From Eledone cirrhosa (lineage: Eukaryota): 64,000 bases of DNA. Under the pieces are notes generated by a model. That model was not told where the DNA came from. It ran no database searches and saw only the letters and a list, made by a program, of their open reading frames with translations. Below, piece by piece: positions 24,793 to 40,660 of the stretch. The stretch is taken from positions 186,496,001 to 186,560,000 of the forward strand of contig OZ024741.1 in NCBI GenBank assembly GCA_964016885.1, given 5' to 3'. Every line of letters starts with the position of its first letter. Position 1 is the stretch's first letter. The translations under genes were made by a program, and so were the position numbers.

Positions 24793-24848
<56 letters not shown>

Positions 24849-24961
24849 TTATATAAGAGACAAAGAGATAGATATAGATATAGATATTAATATAGTTACG
24901 CACATCTCTCTCACTATCTCTCTCTCCCTCTCACTCACTCTCTCGCTCTCTTTCTCTCCTG

Positions 24962-25073
<112 letters not shown>

Positions 25074-25189
25074 AGTATGTGTGTATACGTACATACATAT
25101 ATGTATACAGACGTACAGTAGCTCAGCCGTTAATTTTCATAAGGAAAGTATATACTTTCGAACGTTCAACTATCTGGCAGATGGGTATA

Positions 25190-25230
25190 CGGTGCTGATG
25201 ATAGCTAACAAGCTAGAAACTAGTACATCG
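25190..25230 (+). ncRNA. Minimal type I hammerhead ribozyme, unit 1
   Basis: cggtg-CTGATGA-tagc taacaa gcta-GAAA-ctag-TA-catcg; palindromic stem III ACUAGU. Confidence 0.88.
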
Positions 25231-25394
25231 TTCCTGTGTCAGTGTTGAACAAAAAGGTGGCGTGGTTGCCTTAACACCGTACGGCATAAAAATTCAGGCT
25301 GTTCAGTTTGTTTACAAACGAACAAATCGGCGTTATAATAAGCGTCCGCTAAACTGATACGTGCATATATGTATGTGTACCTGTATGTACATAC

Positions 25395-25541
<147 letters not shown>

Positions 25542-25776
25542 CTACTGTACGTCTGTATACATATATTTATGTACGTATACATACATATTTACATTTAAGT
25601 AAGTGCCGTACTAAGAGTGAGAAATGAAATTTCGTTTTCATTTTATTTCAACTTATCTTTTTCGGTATGCCTGACCGACTAAGCTCACTCGATATGCAAA
25701 TTAGGCTGCTCAGCCGTTAATTTTCATAAGGAAAGTATATACTTTCGAACGTTCAACTATCTGGCAGATGGGTATA

Positions 25777-25817
25777 CGGTGCTGATGATAGCTAACAAGC
25801 TTGAAACTAGTACATCG
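25777..25817 (+). ncRNA. Minimal type I hammerhead ribozyme, unit 2
   Basis: As unit 1, with a U.U pair at the base of stem II (tagc...gctt). Confidence 0.82.
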
Positions 25818-25970
25818 TTCCTGTGTCAGTGTTGAACAAAAAGGTGACGTGGTTGCCTTAACACCGTACGGCATAAAAATTCAGGCTGTTCAGTTTGTTT
25901 ACAAACGAACAAAGCGGCGTTATAATAAGCGTCCGCTAAACTGATACGTGCATATATGTATGTGTACCTG

Positions 25971-26032
<62 letters not shown>

Positions 26033-26269
26033 TGCTACTGTACGTCTGTATACATATACGTATGTACGTATACGCACATACTTACATTTAAGTAAGTGCC
26101 GTACTAAGAGTGAGAAATGAAATTTCGTTTTCATTTTATTTCAACTTATCGTTTTCGGTATGCCTGACCGACTTAGCTCACTCGATATGCAAATTAGGCT
26201 GCTCAGTCGTTAATTTTCATAAGGAAAGTATATACTTTCGAACGTTCAACTATCTGGCAGATGGGTATA

Positions 26270-26310
26270 CGGTGCTGATGATAGCTAACAAGCTTGAAAC
26301 TAGTACATCG
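26270..26310 (+). ncRNA. Minimal type I hammerhead ribozyme, unit 3
   Basis: Same as unit 2. Confidence 0.82.
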
Positions 26311-26476
26311 TTTCTATGTCAGTGTTGAACAAAAAGGTGACGTGGTTGCCTTAATACCGTACGGCATAAAAATTCAGGCTGTTCAGTTTGTTTACAAACG
26401 AACAAAGCGGCGTTATAATAAGCGTCCGCTAAACTGATACGTGCATATATGTATGTGTACCTGTATGTATATATAT

Positions 26477-26517
<41 letters not shown>

Positions 26518-26990
26518 TGCTACTGCACGTCTGTATACATATATGTATGTACGTATACACACATACTTACATTTAAGTAAGTGCCGTACTAAGAGTGAGA
26601 AATGAAATTTCGTTTTCCTTTTATCGATATGGTCACTGCGACCCGTTTATCGGTCGCTGACCCCAATTTGAAAAGCTGTCTAAACGTAATGTTATAATTC
26701 TAGGATAATATACCCTATTGAGTGCTTAGCTGCACACCGAGACTGCATTCGTTAGCTTGGCTACAACCAGAGATTCGTTGATGCTGTACTACATTTTGTA
26801 TATATATATATATAAATATGCGTGTGGTGGTGGAGGGGGGGTGTACGCGCGCGCTTTTGTGTTGTTTAGGTAATATATCGAATGCTGTTTATACGAAGGT
26901 GATTATCCATTCATCTTGTACGTATAACTAAGTAAAAGTGAACATTTCTTCTTATGCATATAAATGAGTGTGTGTATATATATATCTATA

Positions 26991-27077
<87 letters not shown>

Positions 27078-27105
27078 GTACATCAGTATAAGTATAAATA
27101 CACAG

Positions 27106-27151
<46 letters not shown>

Positions 27152-27180
27152 ATACATATATATATATTTATATATATATA

Positions 27181-27214
<34 letters not shown>

Positions 27215-27219
<5 letters not shown>

Positions 27220-27558
27220 GGAAAAAATGAAACGATATTTCATTTCCCACTCTTAGTACGGCTGTTACTTAAATATAAGTATGTACACGTACATACATAT
27301 ATGTATACCGACGTACAGTAGTATGTATATATATATATATATACATACATGCACACATATATATAAATGCACGTATGGATTCACCGAACATTTATTATAA
27401 TGCTCAGTGTGTTTGTAAACAAACATCCCGTATTAAGCCGTAGTGTCTAGCAACCACCGTTGCTCGTTTGTTCAACACTGACAAAGGAACGCTGTACTAG
27501 TTTCAAGCTTGTTAGCTATCGTCAGCAACGTATACCTTCCTGCTAGATTGTTGAACGT
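27215..27558 (-). mobile_element. Diverged monomer of the 25070-26623 family
   Basis: Collinear reverse-complement match from the 3' end through the HHR. Confidence 0.85.
27490..27530 (-). ncRNA. Minimal hammerhead ribozyme with compensatory stem I change
   Basis: Reverse complement reads cgttg-CTGACGA-tagc taacaa gctt-GAAA-ctag-TA-cagcg. Confidence 0.85.
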
Positions 27559-27757
27559 ATATAGAGATACAAATATATATATATATATATATATAAATAT
27601 TATATATATAATTATTATATATATATATATAGGCTAAATTGTGAGGCTTGTTACGCCTGTTTATCACAAAGTCATTAGACAAGAACTCTTCTCTGATGAC
27701 CCTATGATAAACAGGTAAAAGTCCAGAATAACAAGACTCATTATTTAGCCTAAATAT

Positions 27758-29324
<1,567 letters not shown>

Positions 29325-29495
29325 ATTATAATAACTGTTCGGTGAATCCATACGTACATATATATATGTGTGCATGTATGTATATGTATATACGTCCTAC
29401 TGTACGTCTGTATACATATATGTATGTACGTGTACACACTTATATTTAAGTAACAGCCGTACTAGGAGTGGGAAATGAAATTTCGTTTCATTTTT

Positions 29496-29502
<7 letters not shown>
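29325..29502 (+). mobile_element. 3' fragment of the 27215-27558 subfamily, opposite orientation
   Basis: Reverse complement of ~27215-27400. Confidence 0.8.
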
Positions 29503-29576
<74 letters not shown>

Positions 29577-29620
29577 AAGTTAAATAAAAGTCAAATGATT
29601 AAAATTTAGCTTCGTTTATT

Positions 29621-29675
29621 ACTGCTATATATATTTCAGTGACAGCCATCTTTGGCTGTGACCTCTTCAGGCAGT
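29621..29675 (-). ncRNA. Type I hammerhead ribozyme (left arm)
   Basis: Reverse complement reads actgc-CTGAAGA-ggtcacagcca aaga tggctgtcact-GAAA-tatata-TA-gcagt. Confidence 0.85.
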
Positions 29676-29849
29676 TTGAATTAGTATGGTATAGACAAGT
29701 ACATATGTTGTTTAGGTGTATGATATCGTCAATACTCTGATATGCCCAGTTCCTTGTTGGGTTGTTAATTCACTGGGGACCTGGAGTCATGACTCCAGTT
29801 CCCCAGTGAATTAACAACATATGTACTTGTCTATACCATACTAATTCAA

Positions 29850-29904
29850 ACTGCCTGAAGAGGTCACAGCCAAAGATGGCTGTCACTGAAATATATATAC
29901 CAGT
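29850..29904 (+). ncRNA. Type I hammerhead ribozyme (right arm; first stem I pair broken)
   Basis: actgc-CTGAAGA-...-GAAA-tatata-TA-ccagt. Confidence 0.7.
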
Positions 29905-30045
29905 AATAAACGAAGCTAAATTTTAATCATTTGACTTTTATTTAACTTTATTTTACACTACTCCGGAGTAACCAAACCAACCTGCGCACTTCGTCGAGTG
30001 CTCCAGCCTGCATACTGAGGTGTTGGTATACAACCAACATAAACT

Positions 30046-30177
<132 letters not shown>

Positions 30178-30292
30178 CATATATACATATATAAGGTTAG
30201 ACCCGATCATGATCGATCGTACCTTAAGATAATCGATAACAAAATCGTGTCATGTGTGAATAAAGTATGTATAAGATGCAACCATTATACTT

Positions 30293-30403
30293 ATCAAATC
30301 CCGCGAGGTTAACTTTGCCTTTCATTCTTACGGGGTCGATAAACTAAAGTACCAGTAATACACTGGGTAATTGCTGGCCTTGTGGCGAAAGTAGAAACAA
30401 TTA
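30293..30403 (+). mobile_element. SINE 3' half
   Basis: tcaaatcccgcgaggttaactttgcctttcattcttacggggtcgataaac...ggccttgtggcgaaagtagaaacaatta. Confidence 0.85.
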
Positions 30404-30728
30404 TACTTATCAGGCAAACTTATTTTATACATATATATATAAATCTTCTGTCCCACCATACCATACATTATTTGGCCATGTAACCATTGATGTTGAATTC
30501 CATCACACTCCCTTTTCCTGCGCATATTTTTGTCATTGAAATGGCCATAGATGACCCTATGATCCTTGTTCATATATTCCAGCCCTCAATTAGGTTTTTT
30601 TTACATTGAAGAAATGGTGGATAGAATGCTTCTCTCTGATCAGGCTAGAGAGAAATTCCTAAGGCTGTCTCTGATTAGACTGTCTTGTCCACGTTCCTGC
30701 GCAGCGGTACTGAACTCACGACCGCCTA

Positions 30729-30795
<67 letters not shown>

Positions 30796-30983
30796 CTATC
30801 TCTCTCTCTCTTTATATATATCGGATACAGCGAAAGATTGATAGTGAGAGACGCGAGCGGCTGAGAATTAGCATGTAGGAGTTTTAGCAAAAAAATAATT
30901 CAACCCAATAAAAAAAGATTTGGAGTAAGCAGGCTTTGCTAACATCAATTGTTAACATCAGTTTTATACATGATATAAAGACC

Positions 30984-31013
<30 letters not shown>

Positions 31014-31017
<4 letters not shown>

Positions 31018-31591
31018 ATAATAATAAATTTGAAGGTTAAAAGCCAAAGAGGGCTTGATAAGTATAAATATATATCAAATATATAAGAACCCTAGAGCAA
31101 ATATTTATTAAAATAACAGATTAAATGTTAAGCAAAAAATCGCTGTTTTCACCCTTAACGGGATCTTCTGAAACAAAAAAAAATGAATCTCTGAACGCAG
31201 AAGTAAATATTTCGAAAAATGTTGCAACCGAAGGCGATGTTTTGTTCGAGAAGACGTTCCCTGGCAATGAACGAAAAGAATCGAAGATAATATGTCATTA
31301 TGTGGATCGATGACAACAATTACACGCAAATACAAAACCACGCTTATGGTATAAATGAAGTCGTAGACTAATATTCTATTTAGGAAACCGAATAATTCTC
31401 GGTCTCAGAGTTAAGAATAATGTAAATAAATTAGTAGAACGAAAATGACAGAGGTTATTGAAATCAACAATAATTAAATATATACATACACGCATCCATA
31501 TACGTACAAACACATGCATATGAGAAAACATCCGCCATGCCTGCATATACAAGCACGTACAAAAAAAATATATATAAATATATATATATGA

Positions 31592-31622
<31 letters not shown>

Positions 31623-34475
31623 CATATAATTATATAAACGTATATAAATACACACACATAAATACGTATATAACGCACGCACACACTTATCTACAGGTAA
31701 ATACACATATATTCACTAAACCACGTCAACCAAAACACAAATTACACATAAACACACCTTACATACGTGCAAACACGCATATACACACAAACACAAAATA
31801 CACATATACACATAACCATATACACATGTAACAGTATATATAATATGATATATACACTTATAACAAATACAAGCAAATATACGTACGAGAAAGTATACGT
31901 ACCATCACAAAACATACGGGTAAGGTATACTTACCTTTGCAAATAAGTAATGGTATAAACATAACATATACGTAGCTACCACATCAAGACGTAAATTATC
32001 CGCGTTTTGTTCGTACTATCCGTTAGGGTATAATGTGGGTCTGTAATACAGGAAAGTTTTATGCAATTTATGTTTACAAGCCGAAATTGCCTCAGTATTT
32101 TTGTTTAAGATGTGGTCATTAGCGTAGAGTCTTTCCAGGGCTTCAGCGGCGCACGATTCACATGCTTTTTTATTTCCGTTATACGATCTAGCCCTAACTA
32201 GGATCTTCCAGTGTAACCTATATTGGGTGTGGTTGTCTTTTAGACTCCAGATGTAAGCTGCTTAGATTCCAGATATAAGCTGTTAGACTCCAGATATAAG
32301 CTGAAAGTGACGCCATATTCCTTTTTAAAGGGTTAAGAAAAGAATGGGTGTGCATGTAAAGACGCTGCTTGAATCTATTGGCGGTTAACCCTATGTATTC
32401 CCTACGGGACGGGGGTGTTTCAACCTTACATTTGTAGACAATGTTGCTGGAGAGGCATTTCCCGGATAGAGATTCCTACAATTACAGTTAGTACTAGCTA
32501 CAGGGTTGCACGTGTTCCTACGGCTAGGTAATTCAGCTAAATTTGAAGCAGTGTTGTTATGTGAAAGGTTAGGAGTCGTAGAGTAAGATATTTTAATGGT
32601 ATTTCTATTAAAAAATTCATTATATTTATGTGCTGAGGGGAAATACTTCTTAATAAGGGAGAGAAAGATCTTAGCTAATGGTGTGGCCACCCCCATATTA
32701 TATGGTGGGTTATACCATATAATGCGTCGGGATCTATTTTTCCTTCGTCTATGCTCATATTTAGTATATGCTACCTTATCGACAAACCCAATCCGAGCAA
32801 GAGCTTCATTGTAATATGTGGAATGGTCGGTGAAAATATGCTCGTTTGTAGATAGACGGGAAAGCCTCAAAGAAACGTTTCTTACCAGGTTCTTGGTTAT
32901 GCTGGCAGGATGGTTAGAATGCTTACTTATGTAATTAAGCGGATCATTCGACTTTCTATACGAGTAGTGCAAGCCATTCGACAAATTGAGGGTAAAGTCG
33001 AGGTAATTAACCACCGAGAGGTTGGCCTCAACCTGTATGGAGAGGTTGAAGCTTTTAAAAAAGGCCGTGTGTTCTTTTCTAAACATGTCGCAAGGGCGTG
33101 GCCCGCACTTTGTCATGGTCAAAAGACCGTCATCACGGTACGAACCACCGCCCACATTGGGAAATTCTTCCTTGATAGAGAAAAGAAGGAAAAGGCCGAT
33201 AAGATCAGTAACCTCCGCCGAATCGCTAGCGCCCATACTCACCTCAATGGAGTACAATTAGATATTTTAATCCAAATAGATTCGTCGAAATTAATCACCG
33301 ACATACGGGTATTGAGGATGACATCAACTTCGAAATCCTTAACCACCGTGAGCGTTTTAGAGAAATTGATAACTCTAAGAAGAAGTGGTAAAGTGATGCA
33401 GGAGTAGTAGTTATTGATGTCATATTGGATAAAACGGCATATGCCATGGAACCAATCAATCACCGCGAAAGAATTGTTCCACAGTGCAAGAGTGACCAAG
33501 CTTCTAATTTCAGGTATAATTCTATCTAAATCTGACTTCATAGGGTTAATAAGCCGAATAGAGGGGTTGTTGGCGAAATTGGGTGTGTGATCCTTCATGG
33601 TAAAGTGGGGAGAAATAGATTCGAGAGGTTCAGTCCAGTCCTGGATGTTGAGTTCAGAGGTGATTTAAAACCCAGCATCGTTGATGTCATTAATGACACT
33701 CCAATTAGTTTTCCGATAATCCTTAGTTACAGCATTATGTAGTAGTTGATGGTAAGTACTGCGCTCCAATTGATATAGATTGCCAGTTTTGTCGGAGTGG
33801 ACGTGCACGGCATTAGAATCATTAATAGAACGAATTCTATTCTTCACGTCCTGCTGGAAGGAATTACTCTTATTCCGAAAATTGATATTACGTATGAGTT
33901 CCAAGACATCGTTTTCGAAGGGTAGCAATGCTGGGTTACTCGGAGGGTTATTATAAGTTTTAAACCCAAATTTATCCTGTTTATTGTCCGTTTTTCCTGA
34001 TTATCGACATAAAAGGCACGCCAACGCAACCTTTTACAGAACGAGTCCGTTTTCTGTATCAGGAGTTTTAGGTATGTCTTCCTGCTTGGTACGGGTATGT
34101 TCTTTGTAGAAATATTCAGATGTTGTTTCTGCATGATGAATATAAGTCAATAGAGTGCTCAATCGGGGGAGCCAAATAGTAATTATAATAAATTTGAAGA
34201 CTAAAATCCAAAGAGGGCTCGATAAAGATAAATATATATCCAATATATAAGAACCCTAGAGCAAATATTTATTAAAATAACAGATTAAAGTTTAAGCAAA
34301 GAATCACTGTTTTCACCCTTAACAGGAACGTCTTCATGAATCAATGTTTCGTCTTCCTGTTTTCCGTCGGTTGCAACGTTTTTCGAAATATTTCTTTCTG
34401 CGTTTACAGCTTGATTTTTTTAGTTTCAGAAGATCCCGTTAAGCAGCGATTCTTTGCTTAACATTTAATCTGTTA

Positions 34476-34482
<7 letters not shown>
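31014..34482 (-). mobile_element. Near full-length degenerate Naiad-like PLE (family Y) with 3' pLTR, partial tandem 5' pLTR and inverted pLTR
   Basis: 31014-31160 is repeated directly at 34177-34325 and inverted at ~34345-34482; complete ORF remnant in between. Confidence 0.93.
32015..34134 (-). pseudogene. Disrupted full-length PLE RT + GIY-YIG ORF
   Basis: STKNIPVPS...LIQKTDSFCKRLRWRAFY, SDKTGNLY, IRLINPMKSD, FIQYDINNYYSCIT, SMGASDSAEVTDLIGL, YRDDGL, SNHP, IIWYNPPY, CNCR, YIG; N-terminal and RT motifs match my recollection of Naiad-clade PLEs. Confidence 0.9.
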
Positions 34483-34574
<92 letters not shown>

Positions 34575-34655
34575 CGTAAACAAAAATAACAACCCAATCG
34601 ATACAGTATATGAAAGGAATATATTAGCTTAACGCTCGAAATAGCAGGAAGAGGG

Positions 34656-34691
34656 TCTTGACGTTTCGGACGCTAGTCCCTCATCAGAAGA
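34656..34691 (-). ncRNA. Solo minimal hammerhead ribozyme in a pLTR fragment (~34570-34710)
   Basis: Reverse complement reads tctt-CTGATGA-g-ggac tagc gtcc-GAAA-cg-TC-aaga; ACGU palindromic stem III typical of PLE minimal HHRs. Confidence 0.82.
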
Positions 34692-35579
34692 AAGAATGAG
34701 AAATAAGATAGATTAAAGGGGCGGGCGGGTTGGAATTTGAAAAAATGTCTTTATATACCAGATGCGCTTCTGAAACCCTTTTTTATAATGTCCCTTATAT
34801 ATATATATATATCATGTGCTGCAGCTGGCCCTAACCACCGAAAATTAATAGACTTTGCAAAGATATTGTCATTTGAAAGATATGTTTCTTACGCTTATAT
34901 ATTTATGTATGGCTGTACCGCAATATGGGTTGAAATGTAGAACGTGGGGAAAATGGCGACTTAAAAACGTGGTTCCCGCCAAGCACGCTATGATATTTTC
35001 TAAGATGGCTCCATAATCACCAGGACATCTACAGCTGACTTCAATTTTCGGGTTGAAATACCCGATTGCCGTCTAGCTGAAGTAATATCATGGAACTTTT
35101 ACAAAATCATTTGTATTTCCCTTGTACTATTATTACTAGTACTAAAAGAAATTATTAGTATTTATATAAGAAATACCCACTATTATTTTTATTTTAAAAT
35201 TATTATTAGTGGAAATTGTTTTCACTTTCGTTCAATGTATTGTTTTAAGTAACATCTCCCTTCCTAGCTAAACAAATCCTATAAACGTCTCAGCAATCTA
35301 ACCTTTTCCTGGTGTATCTTGTAAGGTATACTTGTTAGCTAAATGATTTATAAATCTTTACCTTCCATTTCTGTTATTCTTCTCTTTAGCTTCCCTCTAT
35401 AATATCAATGTAGTCATACCAGTGTTTATATTATATTTCAAAGGTTTCTTTCTGTTTTTGACGCAGTCATAATTGCCTGTTTAAGAATTTTCCTTCTCAT
35501 CCATGTGGTTCCAATTTCCATCCACTGTATCACATATTGAAGCTGTTTCTTTTGCCTTTTCCATAGATTCACGATTCAC

Positions 35580-35708
35580 CATCATCATCATCATCATCAT
35601 AATTATCATCCCCATCATCATCATCATCATCATCATCATAATCATCATCATCATTCTTATCATCATCATAACCAACATCATCATCATCATCATCATTATT
35701 ATCATCAT
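35580..35708. repeat. (ATC)n microsatellite
   Basis: Directly visible; source of poly-M/poly-I ORFs. Confidence 0.95.
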
Positions 35709-35882
35709 TTCCACAATCACAATTTCCAGCATACACCAAGCGCCATATTATTTACTGCAAATGATAGAGTCATGTAAATCGACATGCCATATTTAACTGG
35801 TACTTATATTATGAATCATAAGAAGCAGGGAAAACAAGCTCGATTCCGGTGGGATTTGAACTGATAACTCAAAAGCACTCAT

Positions 35883-35913
<31 letters not shown>

Positions 35914-36084
35914 TTTGTAAGCCTAAGCCATTATAGTCGATGGTGATTCATTTTTATATTAAAAGTTCCTCATATGCATGACGTATGCAAAAGAATGGAT
36001 AAATCGTATACAGAGTTTAAAGACCCGACAATAGTTGAATTGAATTGGTGAGAGGGGAGGTTTCTTAAATGGATGAATAACTGG

Positions 36085-36257
<173 letters not shown>

Positions 36258-37273
36258 CGTTGTTAGGAATTTATGGACCAACATTCATTAATGCCTGTTG
36301 GTATGTTACGTACATATCCTGAAATCTAGAAAACATGACTTTAACAAATATGACCGCTGGCTGTTTTATGTATGAAGAATACAGTTCCTGTAATGCTAGT
36401 TTAGATTTTAAATAAACTCTTTTTAACCATTATAATTCTGTTTGCATATAGATGTTTTCTATTGCTCTCCATTTCTCTCTCTCTACTATGTATGTCTCTT
36501 TCTATCTGTCCATTCCTATTTTTCTTAGTTTTCTTTCTCGTATTTTATTACGCATTTAAAATTGCATAGAATTGTATGACATCATATTCTCCCACTTGTT
36601 CTTTCTCTCTCTCTCTCTTTCACTCTCACTCTCTCGTTTTTTCTCTCTCTAGTCAAATAAATAGTTTTCTATTAGGCATGATCTCAATTTTACACACACT
36701 TTCTACTTCTTTTTCTCTCACTTTCTCTCTGTCTTTCTATTCTTCTTTCTTTCAACACAACATCAGAGATTCTCCGAGGAACATTAAAAGAGAATTTTAT
36801 AGTAAAGATGGAGGAGATAAGAAACAAGTATATAGAGTAATTGAGATAAACAGACAGAGGCACACAATAGCAGACTGCTAGAGAGAAAGAGAGATTTTAT
36901 AGAAAGTTACGTCTGTAAAAAAAAATATATAGAGATCGATACAGCATGCATATGAATATATGGATTCTATGTCGCAAGTGACGAAAATTGCCTTGCATGT
37001 TTCATGTTTCCAACGAGACATTCTATGGTTCGTTGTATTTTGGATGATTATTATATCAAGAGAGTGTCCGTAACGAGATAGAAAATGAATATCTCATGAG
37101 GATTCTTTCGAAAAGCAGTACATTTATTCTTCTTTCTTATCTGTTTCCGATAAATACCGTTAGAAAATATAGATGCACTTACACACAGACACGTACAAAC
37201 ATATATATACATATATACATAGAGACCTACCTACAAGCATGCATGTATACATACATACACACATATACATGTA

Positions 37274-37329
<56 letters not shown>

Positions 37330-37338
37330 AGATATTAT

Positions 37339-37423
<85 letters not shown>

Positions 37424-40188
37424 TGTGTGTGTGTATATGTGTGTGTATATGTGTGTGTGTGTAAATATGTATGTATGCTAAAAATAAATGTTCAAACAGT
37501 ACAGGAAAACGATACAGTACAATGTATATATTAATGTATCCCTTAATATAGTAGGAAAAGGGATATAGCGTTTCGGAAATATGTCCTCCATTAAAAGTTG
37601 AAGACGGAAAAGAAAAAGAGAGGAAAATAAGATAACAAGAAACGGAAGTCATTTTAAGAAGAAATCATGTGTCCGTTTAGTGAACCATTTGGAGAGGTTG
37701 CCATCTAGCAAGTTGAATAAGTAATTTAATTACTTTACTTCCCTCTGTTATATTACCATTATATTAAAGACCAACAAAAGAATGAATCATCTATGCCTAT
37801 CATAGACAGTAATAAAACTTGGACTGCCGTCATAAAAGTATTTAAAAACAGACCGATACCCTATACTGTCTGATTTTCGACCGATTCTGGCATTCATTAC
37901 TCTTACAACTAAATGTGGTTTATAAAATAAACCGAATGTTAAGGGATTTGTGGGACGAAAATTATTATCGAATAAATGTAAAGTGTACACATTGTTATTT
38001 TCCCCCACAAAAGGTTATAGGAAATGTCACCTCCTATGGAAACCGAAAAGAGAACGTAAGATTCTCTTTTTTTTTTTTTCTTCTTTTTGTTGTAATCTAC
38101 TTGTGTTTTTGTACGTCACGCAAAGGGGGGGTAACTCATCTATGTTTAAGTATGATTATATAAATACATATATGTACATAAACATATACATTATAGAAAA
38201 TAATGATTACATACACACACATCTATGTGATGAGTGTGTAAGGAAGGGAGATGTGACAAACTATAGAAAACAGAGAAAAGCGTTCCCTATACCGTGTTAC
38301 TCATACAAATAAATGTATACTTATGCACACACACACACGCACACACAAACTCACACACATTTGTCTGTGCATGTAATAATTATTTTCTCAGTCTGTTTAT
38401 GTATATGTAATCATTATTTTTAACTAGCGTTCTTAAATTGGCTACACTTTTGTGAGTGTATGTGTGTGTGAGTGTATGTGTGTATGTGTTGTTCAAGGAG
38501 CCAAGTCCCTAGCAATATCCAAATAAAGTAGAACTATCAAGAATATAAAACGACCACAGTTGAAAGGTATATACAAATATACGTCTAGCATTTAGCCGTC
38601 ATTTTTTTACGGCATTGGCCAGCTATTAATTATAATAATTAACTAAAAATGGAAGGGCAGGACCTCCGAAACTAGTGAATAATAGAGGGAAAGTTGTACT
38701 GAAACCGGAAACATAATTTGAAAGCTTGCAAAGAGTGACCTCCGCTCAAGGCACCCAAGAGCCAGCTGGTGTTGTTAAACCGATCGATTGGTTATATATC
38801 CTAACCAGATTGCACACAACGAGATTTAAACTCAGAATGCAAAAAGCGGGTACAAAAATTACAATACATCTCATTTGAAGTTCAAACAATTTCCACTATT
38901 CATCGACCTGGGATATTACTTAATTTCTTTGAACCTAAAAGAATGAAAGGTATGGTTTACTTTAGTGAGATTTGCACTCAGATCCCCGAGTGTTAAATCA
39001 AGTACAGCAAGGAATATTGTCTTCTACTCTTATGATTCTGCCTGTTTGCCGCCTGGTGATATGATGATCTCTTGCTTTACACGATATTGATTCTATCTAT
39101 GACTGTATACTAAGTGTTGGAATTAATTTAGCGCAGTAGATTTCATTCCGGTACTTGGAATCTTCTATTGAAATTCCTTCAGTTGCTAGCACTCGGACCA
39201 ATTCCCTAATTTGTGGATAAATTCGTCCATTTTTTTTTTTTACATCAGTCTAGGAGGCTTTGAAAATATGAGGGTTTCAGGGATCTTCTCTTCATTCTCA
39301 GAATAAATGGCAAAAGATAATGTACTCTTTCTTTATGTGAATCAATCTTATTGAACTCAATATTTAAATACTAGTTCATTGATAGATCCAAGAGAGGTCC
39401 AAATATAAAGTTCAATTCAACGAAATTTTATCTGGAACCATCAGAACATGAAATTACAAAAGTTAATATTTCAAGTGCATATTTGACTGACATGCAATGG
39501 AAGCTGTCTTTCACTGCATTTGCAACTAGATACACATTCCTAACATAGAAACAAAAGCACATATTTTAAAGTGTGAAGTAATAGCTGATGTAATTAAAAT
39601 TAGTTCTTCACTGGTAGTTATTTTGCTGACTGAAAGAAGGACGGAGAGCAATGTAAACATCAGCATGGTGTATACTGAGTGTATACATGGTGTATACTGA
39701 GAATGTAAAAGCACTTAACTCAGATTCAACAAAGACAAAATACAGATGGCATTTCTTTCTCTAGCGTTCCAGTAATTCTTATTTTATCATCCACTGACCT
39801 TCCAAATAAATAACACAAACAGATCATTACAGGTAATTAACTAACTTTGCTTATGTTACAGCATTTCATGTTGTTGTCATCGCTATCGTCGTAGTAGTTG
39901 AAATAATTGTTCTTGACGCAGATGTTGTTGTTCTTGTTGGTAATTTGCTGAAGTCATCTACAGTTGCCAAAAATGATATTAATCTTTTGTACCGGAACAT
40001 TATTTTGTCTAGTCTGAGTATATCATAATATTTGAAGGCCTCCTAATTGCATACGAGACAGATTATATTATTGGATCGGTGGGGTTCTTTGTGAATATAC
40101 AAATATAAACACATAATACATATATATATATATATATATAATTATATAAAAAATCTGTATGGGTGACTGTGCGTGCACAAATATCGTT

Positions 40189-40337
<149 letters not shown>

Positions 40338-40660
40338 TATTAAGGATACTATTTATGGTTATGTATATAATAAAACCTTTTATGGTTATATATTTTTCAT
40401 ATACAAACCCCAAATAGTGAAAGATAGACATTCATTACTATTTTATTACCAGTAAGATAAATAGCTCAATGTACTAACATCAGTTGTTTTACAGAGCAGT
40501 TATATTAATGTAAACTGTAGGCACTGTATTGGTTGTGCTAACATAGTCCTGTGCATGGAGTGCCACCATAGGATAGATAGATGATTAAGTAATTAATTTA
40601 TTTTATTATTAAAGGAACTATATACTCTATATGCTGAGTACAATGAATTATGTACAGGTG

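Larger units (their letters stand above)
23221..24798 (-). mobile_element. Tandem array of 3.2 x 481-bp HHR-containing non-coding units (retrozyme-like) plus short inverted end
   Basis: Units start at 23221, 23702, 24183 and 24664 and are near identical; 24757-24798 is an inverted copy of unit positions 23594-23635; (TA)n on both sides. Confidence 0.9.
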
